DNA of 64,000 nt from a virus. Position 1 is the first letter of the stretch, and every line of letters starts with the position of its first letter. The notes beneath the pieces were generated by a model that saw nothing but the letters and a program-made list of their open reading frames with translations, was not told the origin of the DNA and did not search any database. The translations under genes were made by a program, and so were the position numbers. The stretch is from the IMG/VR virus record IMGVR_UViG_3300031673_000012, positions 1 through 64,000 of that record; one strand, 5' to 3'. Shown piece by piece: positions 38,901-47,546 of the stretch.

Positions 38901-40304
38901 TGCCAATTCAGCTAAAGTTTTGGTACCAGTAACTTCATCAGTAAAAGATAAATTACCCCCAAGGTCTTTCCATATTTGAACTGTTGATAAAATTTGTCCT
39001 AACCCTACTGTTTCCCCTACATAACTAAATATAATATCATTAGCAGAAGAATTATCAACATTCATATTAAGTCTTAAATCATTACCTAAAATATCCCCAG
39101 TAACTGTTAATCCTATATCATCAGCATCCCAGATATGTGATATCTCAATAGCTGACATTTTATTTAGTAAAATTATTTCCCCCTGTTGATATAAAGAACC
39201 TCTTTTTGCTGTATAATTAATAATTACCGTTGCATCATCTATTCTACCCCCGACCACTAAATTAGTAATAGAATTATATGGCAATGTTTCATGGTAAGTA
39301 ATAATACCATATTGAGTACCACCACCAGAAACTATTCTTGCCCCAAAACCAATAGACTCATCTCTAAGAAGCATACCTTCTATTTCAACCCCATAATCAA
39401 GGGTATACTCATTAATAGTATCAACATTAATCGTAGAAGGTAATTCATAAGGAGGTACCCAAGATCTAATCCCCGCAATAGTAGAAGATAATAATCTACC
39501 ATCAACAGTTGGATTACCCAAAGCTTCCTCTGCCCCAACATCAAGATAACCCAAACCATGAAATGCAAACCCAAAAGTAGTAGTACTTAATGATTTTAAA
39601 AAATACCCCACAGTAAGTCCCGAAACAGTATGATAAGTTGAGCTATCTAATTGATGACTTAAAGGTTCGTAAGCAGATGGTTTCCCAGTAATATTATCCC
39701 ATACTAAATAATAATTTGGTAACTGACTACCTAATCTCTCTGAATCATCTACTACCCCATTTTCATCAGTATCGTAAGTAGACTTTAACATATTACCTAC
39801 ACCACCCCCTGAAACTGCCTGAATAGCCGAGTCAACATATACTTTTACTGCTCTAGATGTAGGAGCCATATTATTTCCCCCGACCAATAAAGGACTTGTT
39901 TCAGCATTAAACATTAAATCATTTCCTTGCATATAAAGGAAAGGTTGGGCTCCCACTTGAACTCCCCCTACTTTAATATTAGTGGCTAAAGGAATAATAT
40001 CAACATAAAGTTTATAATTATTAAGGTTTAATTTTATAGTTTCATCATCAATTTTATCCGCCAAATATCCCGGTAAAATATCATCAAAATCCCCCCTTAC
40101 TTGATATGAGGGTTCTAACATTGTGGGATCTAAAACATAAGATTCTAATAAAGTATATATAGGATTAGCTAATCTCTCCATAGAATCTTTCATCTCATTA
40201 TACATAGACATAGGCATAGGCTGACCAGCTAAGATTGGGTAACGTGAGTTAACCACCATAGCTTGAAAAATAGCCTCTAAAAATTCTAACCTAGTCTGTG
40301 CCAT
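35964..40304 (-). CDS. long tail fibre / adhesin with trimeric beta-roll repeats
   Basis: 1446 aa; many NxxIGxxAG repeats; Gly-rich; duplicated EYTLDYGVEIEG block. Confidence 0.85.
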   Translation of the reverse strand: MAQTRLEFLEAIFQAMVVNSRYPILAGQPMPMSMYNEMKDSMERLANPIYTLLESYVLDPTMLEPSYQVRGDFDDILPGYLADKIDDETIKLNLNNYKLYVDIIPLATNIKVGGVQVGAQPFLYMQGNDLMFNAETSPLLVGGNNMAPTSRAVKVYVDSAIQAVSGGGVGNMLKSTYDTDENGVVDDSERLGSQLPNYYLVWDNITGKPSAYEPLSHQLDSSTYHTVSGLTVGYFLKSLSTTTFGFAFHGLGYLDVGAEEALGNPTVDGRLLSSTIAGIRSWVPPYELPSTINVDTINEYTLDYGVEIEGMLLRDESIGFGARIVSGGGTQYGIITYHETLPYNSITNLVVGGRIDDATVIINYTAKRGSLYQQGEIILLNKMSAIEISHIWDADDIGLTVTGDILGNDLRLNMNVDNSSANDIIFSYVGETVGLGQILSTVQIWKDLGGNLSFTDEVTGTKTLAELAFTTTQYWQKNGIVLSPFTLGDNIATSGKILVDIIEEYTLDYGVEIEGIFHKDNYISFPDALDIREDSTKIIFYSSINRVIRIAESAGNDSITGLDNILIGYLAGNNITSGSSNIIIGAESFINISEGSRNVVIGYNTLRSSNNVSDSVIIGYAAGMDANYGTIVYIGYAAGHHIVGANNVFIGYAAGFGVETTSTGAANIGIGTSALYAITTGNNNLGIGVNSLVSLNSGEGNIAIGNNSLRSLIDGEYSVAIGVDAGYYSIGEYNVFVGYGAGTGIVSASITGDLNVLIGYSAGWYHSTGTSNTVVGAFSMAGSDSYTITGAGNVAIGSEAGRYNSSGYYNVYIGGGAGKGTNLSNNALSNVGIGFQSLYNISTGHSNVAVGYQAGHKITTSVSLTAIGYCSGYYATGEINTFLGAQAGFGIDGQSTGSYNLFIGYTAGHNFTTGSFNLLIGNYVTLYSANVNYQFRLGINDRYLLEGNMELYSEWVGTDYIFKTNLINEFTVGDGITFGHRVITPASTTSYAGLRLPHGAAPASPVNGDIWTTTTSAYARINGSTIDLGVGGGTVYTFRYSLVESSNYVNFVNDADAPGNSKLYGTNSSGIKGWYDIPTAGTPDAHATSHQDGGSDEISVVGLGGLLGDAQTALPHVLDSSFHTISGKTAGQILLATAATTYGFTTVSGDITINGSGVVAIGTNKVTLVKMAQVATASFLGRITVGFGDVEALNATQATSLLNLFSTTSNLKGLVPGSSNLGVTYFLRADGNWAVPAGGGGTTPVDSTLLDWVTDRYQAYGSKQSGGEFYTGTTDTTATTRLNYNGYFYASRLYTNNIYTPVASPDMTIMSGADGSIVLGTISGNQGIYLGNANASVIIAGILNPVNLLSDGWISWAAINGQVYGSMGYSGHPIGYNLTVRGGTGYGIGNNDGGNLYLYGGSPNGSGIRGNIYFGNGSAGYLPAKTTETYIVYYNPSTGKLSYGTP

Positions 40305-40933
40305 TAATGTAATACTCTTTCATTTTCAATATAAGGTTGATCTGTTTCTGATACATCTTCTGGTGCAGGATTACTCGGATCTAATGGACCAGCAAAACCA
40401 GAAATTGGGTCTATCAAATTATGTAACCTATAATGAGCTAAAAAATCATTTAACTTTTGTTCTATCTTATTTAACATTTCTGTTAGCTCGATCACTTTTA
40501 CTAACCCCACATTCTCCCCATGATTTATTATGATCTGATTATTTATATCATCAACAACAATTGTTTGACCTTTAGGAGATCTAAAACCATAAATTTTAGT
40601 TGAAGTAAATTCTTCAGGCTTCTCCCCCTTAGCTCGATGCCCAAAATTCCAAATAGGAAACCTTGTATCGCCATGCTCAAATTCAATCCATACTATTTCT
40701 CCCTTAAGAGGTAATAATTGAATCCCATAATTATTCCCACCCCATTGAGTTTTAGGATAAGCCCATGATGGGTGTAATTTATTTTTTGTAACAGATGGAA
40801 TTTTAACTTGAATTCTTCCTAAACCTATTGGATCATCATTATCAATCACATAACCCCGATAAGAAGAATAGTATTTTCCTATTGATTCAAAACCATAATA
40901 AAGTATATTATCAAAAACTTCTCGTAAGGTCAT
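40304..40933 (-). CDS. baseplate spike (gpV/gp5/VgrG OB-fold)
   Basis: YRGYVIDNDDPIGLGRIQVKIP...PLKGEIVWIEFEHGD. Confidence 0.92.
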   Translation of the reverse strand: MTLREVFDNILYYGFESIGKYYSSYRGYVIDNDDPIGLGRIQVKIPSVTKNKLHPSWAYPKTQWGGNNYGIQLLPLKGEIVWIEFEHGDTRFPIWNFGHRAKGEKPEEFTSTKIYGFRSPKGQTIVVDDINNQIIINHGENVGLVKVIELTEMLNKIEQKLNDFLAHYRLHNLIDPISGFAGPLDPSNPAPEDVSETDQPYIENERVLH

Positions 40934-42804
40934 TTGTTTTCTGGTTTAAAATCCACGATTGATTTTGGGTCACTAGCCAATCTAATTAACCTATCAATAG
41001 CCTCATCGGGTTCATATTTATCAAATAAATCTCGAAGAGTAATAGTTTTATATTGTGATTGTAATATTGGGGATTTTAATTCCACTCCAGGTATAGCTAC
41101 AAAATCTCTTTCCTCCATCCAATAAGTAACACTAATATTGGATCCAAATATATACTGTTCTCTTTTATACTGTTCTTTAATAAGTTCTTTAACCTCTTCA
41201 GACATTGCTTCATACTCTTCTTTTGAAAAATTAGTTATAATAGTCATCATAGCTTCAGGAACAACCTTAATACAATCCAATTCTACTTTATATCCCTGAT
41301 TAGTGATTATATGTTCACATACTTTTACATAATAATGGCCCTCATGTTGTTTATGTACATTTGTTATCCTAAGAGTTAATTCACTTTTCATCCAAGGATC
41401 ACCCTCGAGAATAACATTCCCTTCTTCTTTATCCATAGCTAATTCCCTTTGACGATTATTAGTTACATTAACTGCTTCTTCATAAGTCATCATAGGTAAT
41501 GTATACCACAAAGCCCTTAATATTACATCATGTATATATGGATCAAATTGTGGACCTTCACTACTTCTTACAAAAGGATCTGGATTTACTACTCTTGTAT
41601 TATCTGGAACTGCTAACCCAGGATACCCATCTTTTAATTTAAAAGGTTTATCAAAATGTCCTGGCCAGAATCTTTGTTCTGGAGTACCAGGATTAAAATA
41701 AGCCCCTTCTATTTCTGTAACCCCAAACTTTCCATAAGGAACATTTCTTAAATTTAAATATTTTTCGATCTCGTATTTTTTCATTTCATCCGAAATCTTC
41801 CTATCTTTTAATACTTCTTTTGGTGTTCTTAATTCATATAAAGCTTTTCTATAATCATCTATAAAAAAGTTTTTACGATCTTGAGGATCCATACCAGCAT
41901 AAGATATAACTTCTTTATCAAAATTTTCAAATTTTGTTTTAGCTGTAAAGTCAATTAATCCTATTTCTTCTGATTTATATTTATATTGTTTATAAACCCC
42001 TTTCCCCAAATTTCTATTATGAATTAATAATGTATCACCTCGACCTGTTATAAACCAAGGACCTCTAGGACATTTTTTAAATATATCTTGCATTACTATA
42101 AAAGTAGATCTATTAGAAGTTGGTATACTTTGTTTCTCTTCTAAAAATACTCTTACAGGATGATCAACATCAACAAACCAAGTCCCAGCTTGAGTAGGTT
42201 TTTGGTTTATTAAAATACTTTTTGATCCCTCTGGTGCTTCATCAATAGGGTCAAAAAATATTCCTTCATATGGCGGTCCGTAATCTGGAACATTAACTGG
42301 AACTAATCTATCCTCACTTTGATATTCTTTTCTTCTAACTTGAGCATAAATCCTTTCCCCCCTATCCTTAATTACAATATTATATCTCCCATAAACTTGA
42401 GCCCTAATATAATCGATAAAAGCCCCCTCACCAATATCATCTGACCTAGTAACTTTAAGATATGCTAAATAATCTGTACATATCAATTCTGTATAAATTA
42501 CTTCCCTACCATATTTACTTGTTAAATCCCTAACTACTACTGTTGTAACAGGACTTATAGGATTACCAATATACCCCCAAACACATTGTAATTTTGTTCC
42601 ACGTTCCACCCTAAATTTATTTAAAGCTTTTGGATTTCTCATTTGTAACTTTATCGTACAAATATCTTCATCCTCATCATCATATTTATATCTAAAAGAC
42701 ACAACTGACACATCATCTTGATCTTCAGTTGTGGCTAATTGATTACCCAACATATCAAAAATAGATACAAAAATAGTTTTTATTGGTCTATCTAGCTCCG
42801 CCAT
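40930..42804 (-). CDS. baseplate hub (gpD/gp27-like)
   Basis: WGY, GDP and GHYYVKVCEH motifs; position between the LysM and spike genes. Confidence 0.8.
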   Translation of the reverse strand: MAELDRPIKTIFVSIFDMLGNQLATTEDQDDVSVVSFRYKYDDEDEDICTIKLQMRNPKALNKFRVERGTKLQCVWGYIGNPISPVTTVVVRDLTSKYGREVIYTELICTDYLAYLKVTRSDDIGEGAFIDYIRAQVYGRYNIVIKDRGERIYAQVRRKEYQSEDRLVPVNVPDYGPPYEGIFFDPIDEAPEGSKSILINQKPTQAGTWFVDVDHPVRVFLEEKQSIPTSNRSTFIVMQDIFKKCPRGPWFITGRGDTLLIHNRNLGKGVYKQYKYKSEEIGLIDFTAKTKFENFDKEVISYAGMDPQDRKNFFIDDYRKALYELRTPKEVLKDRKISDEMKKYEIEKYLNLRNVPYGKFGVTEIEGAYFNPGTPEQRFWPGHFDKPFKLKDGYPGLAVPDNTRVVNPDPFVRSSEGPQFDPYIHDVILRALWYTLPMMTYEEAVNVTNNRQRELAMDKEEGNVILEGDPWMKSELTLRITNVHKQHEGHYYVKVCEHIITNQGYKVELDCIKVVPEAMMTIITNFSKEEYEAMSEEVKELIKEQYKREQYIFGSNISVTYWMEERDFVAIPGVELKSPILQSQYKTITLRDLFDKYEPDEAIDRLIRLASDPKSIVDFKPENK

Positions 42805-43087
42805 ATAAAGACTGGATTAATGGAATACTTGGAATTAGAATAATTTCCCCTACAGGTAAATCAAATATATCTTCTATATTATCATTAACATCAGCTATCA
42901 TAAACCATAAAGAAGAATAACCATAATATTTTCTAGCAATAAAATGAAGTGTATCACTATATGAGATAGTATGATAAATATCTGATACTGATTGTTTATA
43001 AAAAATATTATTTCTAAATAAGGTCAATTCCCCAGAACCAAAATCCACCAAATATCCCCTATCATATAACCCTTCTGAAATTACCAT
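42788..43087 (-). CDS. LysM / gpX-like baseplate protein
   Basis: YHTISYSDTLHFIARKYYG...WFMIADVN...LPVGEIILIP. Confidence 0.88.
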   Translation of the reverse strand: MVISEGLYDRGYLVDFGSGELTLFRNNIFYKQSVSDIYHTISYSDTLHFIARKYYGYSSLWFMIADVNDNIEDIFDLPVGEIILIPSIPLIQSLYGGAR

Positions 43088-43096
43088 AGCTTTATA

Positions 43097-43942
43097 TTAT
43101 TTACTAGTAGGTGAAGCATTCCCAACATATTCTATTTCAACTTTAGTTAAATTATTTCTAGTAATTCTTCCTAATGTTATCGTTTGATATGCCTGTATTG
43201 GTAACATATATGTAGATTCTAATTGACCTTGTAAATTAATATTACCCTTATTAAAATTAGACAATCTATAAGGTGCAGATAATACTATAAATTCATGATC
43301 AGAGAATAATACATTTTCTTTTCCCCACATAAGTTTTACTCTATGTGGATCACCTGTATAACCGTCTGCCTTAGTAAGAGATTCTATTCTTCTACAATTT
43401 TCAATAACTTGTCTCCTCCCCCAATCAAAAGCATACCAATCTATTTCGAATTCCAGTTTATCTTGACTCCCAGTATAATGATATATAGGATTATTTCTAC
43501 CCATAGGTTGGATAGTAGCAAAAGCAGACTCACAATTATATTCTAATTCCTTAGGAATAAAAGGTAACCTAATAACTTCATATTGATTATCTTTTCCTTT
43601 AGCATCCAAATCAATAATAGATATATAATCCCTTAATTCTAAACCCTTATTAGGAACAAATTTACTATGACCAGAAACATCTGGTGAATTTTCACCTAAT
43701 ACTGGGATTTTTCTTTTTTCCTCGAGTTCTTTAGAATATGGGGTAATTATACTATGATCCCTAGTATCTGGAGAAAAAGTTCCAAATATTTTTATATCTG
43801 GATCTTCACCTACATTTTTAACCCTACGAAAAAATACTATAGCTCTACGAGCATCCATACTCCATTGTATTACCTGACTAACTGGTTTAGGAGGAATAAA
43901 AGTATGGTAATTTGTAAATAAAGGATTAGTAATTATAGCCAT
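43097..43942 (-). CDS. tail tube initiator / CIS-tube-like protein
   Basis: PKELEY...GRNNPIYHYTGS; follows the TMP. Confidence 0.75.
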   Translation of the reverse strand: MAIITNPLFTNYHTFIPPKPVSQVIQWSMDARRAIVFFRRVKNVGEDPDIKIFGTFSPDTRDHSIITPYSKELEEKRKIPVLGENSPDVSGHSKFVPNKGLELRDYISIIDLDAKGKDNQYEVIRLPFIPKELEYNCESAFATIQPMGRNNPIYHYTGSQDKLEFEIDWYAFDWGRRQVIENCRRIESLTKADGYTGDPHRVKLMWGKENVLFSDHEFIVLSAPYRLSNFNKGNINLQGQLESTYMLPIQAYQTITLGRITRNNLTKVEIEYVGNASPTSK

Positions 43943-46023
43943 TATTGTAATCTACTTAATGAATCCATCATATTACGTTCAATCATTTTCTGAACAGTAA
44001 GTTCATTATCAATATAAATATTTATTGGTTGAGTCTGTTTAATTGTTAACATTTTTTCCAATTGATTAGCTAACTGGGATAAAACTTCTGTACTAACCCC
44101 CCTATTAGTTTCACCAACCCTTGTTTGTCCCACCATAGTTACCGGAGGAGCATTCAAATCTTGGAATTGAATCATGTGACCAATCTGTGAATATTTTGTT
44201 TCTGACCTTATCTGGGCTCTATTAGCTTCTTCTAATTTTTTTGTGTTTTGGTTAGTGGCTTCTTTATTACTTCTAATGGCATTTGTTAAAGCCCCAATTA
44301 ATCCAGGTAATACAAATGCTAAAGTCATACCTAAAGGTCCACCCAAGACTCCTAAAAATTTTCCTAATACCCCCCCAACCATAGCTCGAGTTCCAGTTCC
44401 AGTAGCCATTTTAGATAACCCAAACATAGTAGCACTTGCTCCAGCTCCTCTAGCATATCCAGCCCCTCTAGCTGCTTGAGCTGCAGCACTTGCTCCTTTA
44501 TAAGCTTTATACCCACCACCAGGAGCCCTAACATAATATCCTCCAGTTCCCCTAAATAATCTTTGATTAAACCCAAACATACCCCCAGCTCCTGCTACTG
44601 AAGCCACCCCAGCTCCTCTAGCCGCAACTGTATATCTCATAGCTGCAGCCGTCATAGAATTATATGCAGTATTTGCAGCTGCAGCCATTGTAGTTGCAGA
44701 AGTCCCAGTTTGTAAGTGCATTACTCTTAACCCCAAAACTACTGCTCGATATGCAAATGTTGCCGTTTTTAAAACCAAAAATCCTGTTATCCCTGCAGCT
44801 AAAAATCCCCCTAAAAGTTTACTATCAAAAATCTTTTCTAATATCGCAAAAGTTTTTGTTAACATTTTTAATAATACCGTAAATACAGGAGTCATTTTTT
44901 CAGTAAATGAAACCCACATAGCTTGCCATGCAGACCCAGTTTTATATATCCATCCTTGAAGTGTACTCATCATATCTCCCATAATCCTAGCAGAATGGCC
45001 AGCAGACTTAGTAGTGATCTCCCCAGAAAATCTTTCAAATTCTTGTAAATTTCTTAAAAATAAAGAACCTGCCCTTTTTCCCCTAACTCCAAATACTGAT
45101 TGTAAAATTGCTTGTTTTTCAACATTCATCCCTTCTCCAAAATGTTCATCTATAGCTACACCCATTTTCTTCATGACTTCAGTCATGGTTAATAAATTCC
45201 CAGTTTGATCTGTAACATCTGTTACATTCATTCCTAATTCTGCAAGAGCTTTTCTACTAGGTCCAGAAGCAAATGAAGAAAATGCTCTAGCCAAATATCT
45301 CATAGAGTTTTCCATAGCAACCCCTGCCATAGAACCTTGCATCCCTGCATTACCTAATGCCATTACCATAGCAGTAGATTCAGCAAGTGTAATATTAAGG
45401 TCCATCGCAGTAGCACCCCCATATTTAAGAGCCTCCCCTAAGTCAAATAAATTAGTATTAGCTCGAGTTACTGCATAAGATAATAAGTCAGCAACATCAT
45501 TAGTATATTGAAACCCGATTCTAAACTGCTTCATAACATTAGTCATGATATCAGCAGCTCCACCTTTTCCTCCTAATAATGATTTAGTAGCACCAGCAAG
45601 ATTAACAGCACCTTCAATATTCTTTTCAGTTTCCGTAGCTGACATCCCAGCCATTGCCATAAATCTCATACCCTCAGCAATATCCTGAGGATAAAACATT
45701 GTCTCTCTACCTAACCTTTTAGATATATTTGTTAATCTTTTTTGTTCTTCTGAAGTAGCATCAGTGATTGATTTAACAAACTCCATTTCATAACTAAATT
45801 CGGCAGCTTTTTTAACCATCCTACCCATACCACGTAAAGCCATGGCTCCTGCAAAAGCTAACCCAGCATACATATTACGTTGTTGCTTAAGCTGAGCTTC
45901 TTGCATTCTTATAAACTCCTGTTCTGTTTGAACAGCAGAAGTCCTAATTCTAGCCGCAGGACCTGAAAATTGATCTCTAAGGAACATGGTTACACCAATT
46001 CCCAGAGTACTTCCACCCATCAT
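43942..46023 (-). CDS. tape measure protein (TP901-type core)
   Basis: EGMRFMAMAG, ANTNLFDLGEALKY, GMQGSMAG; Ala/Gly-rich with TM segments. Confidence 0.92.
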   Translation of the reverse strand: MMGGSTLGIGVTMFLRDQFSGPAARIRTSAVQTEQEFIRMQEAQLKQQRNMYAGLAFAGAMALRGMGRMVKKAAEFSYEMEFVKSITDATSEEQKRLTNISKRLGRETMFYPQDIAEGMRFMAMAGMSATETEKNIEGAVNLAGATKSLLGGKGGAADIMTNVMKQFRIGFQYTNDVADLLSYAVTRANTNLFDLGEALKYGGATAMDLNITLAESTAMVMALGNAGMQGSMAGVAMENSMRYLARAFSSFASGPSRKALAELGMNVTDVTDQTGNLLTMTEVMKKMGVAIDEHFGEGMNVEKQAILQSVFGVRGKRAGSLFLRNLQEFERFSGEITTKSAGHSARIMGDMMSTLQGWIYKTGSAWQAMWVSFTEKMTPVFTVLLKMLTKTFAILEKIFDSKLLGGFLAAGITGFLVLKTATFAYRAVVLGLRVMHLQTGTSATTMAAAANTAYNSMTAAAMRYTVAARGAGVASVAGAGGMFGFNQRLFRGTGGYYVRAPGGGYKAYKGASAAAQAARGAGYARGAGASATMFGLSKMATGTGTRAMVGGVLGKFLGVLGGPLGMTLAFVLPGLIGALTNAIRSNKEATNQNTKKLEEANRAQIRSETKYSQIGHMIQFQDLNAPPVTMVGQTRVGETNRGVSTEVLSQLANQLEKMLTIKQTQPINIYIDNELTVQKMIERNMMDSLSRLQ

Positions 46024-46025
46024 AG

Positions 46026-46957
46026 TTATTTAAGTTTATTTAGTTCTTCATCAAATTCTTTGGATAATTCAACAAATCTTTTTCTTCGCTTAACATTTAA
46101 TTTTATAAACTCAGAAAAAGGGATATGAATATGGTGTTGAGAAACATAGAAGTATTCCCCTTCTATATCCCCCGTGGATAAAAAAAATCCGCGGTACCAA
46201 TTATAGGATATTCAAATTTTTCTTTAGTTTCAGGATGTTCTAGTATAGTTATTAGATTAATTATTCGATCATTTTCAGTAACATCTTTTCTAATCTCCAT
46301 CATATCAATTGAAGAAAATGTTTTAAAATTCTGAATTTTAACCCAATTATTATTAACATTTAATTCGATTCCCCTAGCTTTAAGTTCAGCATTTATACTT
46401 TGTTGATCCATTGGTAAATTCATCAAATATCTTTCTCCATGACCATTCATAAAATAATAACGTATCAATTTACCAGAACTTAATTTTATTTCTTTAGATT
46501 TATCTTTTCCAAATTTATGGGGTTTAATACGAAATTCATAATAATCTGGACTACCTTTTTCCGGAAATGGTTTATCTGGATTACCATATTCCCAAATAAG
46601 TAATCCAAGATCCTCTTCATAATCAACTTCCAAATTATCAGGCCATTTATATGAAAATTTAATATATTGCCCTATAGAAAATATCCTACTGGCAACCATA
46701 ATAAAATATTTATCACATAACTTTAAATCTCTTGCATCATCCAGATTAAATTTTTTATTTTCTGTTATATTAGTAGATACTACAATCTCTTTAACAAATT
46801 TATTTGAAGATGTCCCATCAGCTACATTTCCCGCATTAGAAAGTATATCATCATCTTCCCCATTTTGTTGTCTAATAACAACTTCATAACCAGAAGGAGT
46901 AATAAGAGATAATAAGCTCCCATGAATTTCTTCAAGTTTACTTAAGTCTGATTTCAT
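46026..46957 (-). CDS. tail assembly chaperone: short form 46163..46957, plus a long form to 46026 via -1 frameshift at GAT TTT TTT (46180-46189)
   Basis: T8 slippery run just before the stop; the -1 frame is open for 51 aa and ends 2 nt before the TMP ATG. Confidence 0.8.
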
Positions 46958-46998
46958 AATTTTATTTTTAATAGTATTTCCCGAATCTAGTAAACTAT

Positions 46999-47030
46999 AA
47001 AAAAGGGTACAACCTATTAGTTTGTACCCC
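46999..47030 (-). terminator. rho-independent terminator after the tail tube gene
   Basis: GGGTACAA/TTGTACCC stem followed by T6 on the minus strand. Confidence 0.75.
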
Positions 47031-47063
47031 CTTTATTAACTATGGACCAAAAATCGAGAGAAG

Positions 47064-47525
47064 CTATATCTTTGTTAATTTATCAATCGAAAATTCAACA
47101 TGTTCAATTGTATTATCAGATGATTGACGATCCTGTTCTTGACCAGATACTGAAGCAGGCCATACCCCCAATGCAATCCATGTATTAAGAACAGTAACAC
47201 CATCCTCAGCAAATTCCACAACGGTTATAACCTTTTTATAAACATCTGGAGGAGCTCCTCCACCGAGCATTGAACTTTGACAAGTATCATGCCATGACCA
47301 TATATAAGCATCACCCTGGCTCGAAGATAAAAGTTTATCACAGGCAATCTCACCATAAGTAACCCTTCCCGCTGTTTTAATATCATGATTGGTATCCCCA
47401 TGAGCTACCTTCTCAATATCTGAATCTGGTAATGTTACCTTTTGAAATAAAAAAGGATTAATGGGGTCTGGGCTAATCTGAATAGACCAGTTAAATTTTT
47501 TTCTTGGATTAGCAAATTTTGCCAT
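47064..47525 (-). CDS. tail tube protein (T4 gp19-like)
   Basis: NPRKKFNW...AGRVTYG...W...GVWP...SSDNTIE; follows the sheath gene. Confidence 0.9.
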   Translation of the reverse strand: MAKFANPRKKFNWSIQISPDPINPFLFQKVTLPDSDIEKVAHGDTNHDIKTAGRVTYGEIACDKLLSSSQGDAYIWSWHDTCQSSMLGGGAPPDVYKKVITVVEFAEDGVTVLNTWIALGVWPASVSGQEQDRQSSDNTIEHVEFSIDKLTKI

Positions 47526-47546
47526 GTTATTAAATTTAATATGTTA

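Larger units (their letters stand above)
2437..45466 (+). repeat. dispersed strand-polarised octamer TAGCTCGA (19 exact copies)
   Basis: Starts at 2437, 4502, 5171, 10009, 11198, 11959, 14573, 15134, 15642, 18404, 18905, 21677, 26008, 29988, 32598, 40484, 40630, 44382, 45459. Confidence 0.9.

Noticed and set aside
2437-45466. TAGCTCGA as a codon-usage artefact
   Set aside because: It occurs in all three frames and once between genes, and it uses codons that are rare in this AT-rich genome.
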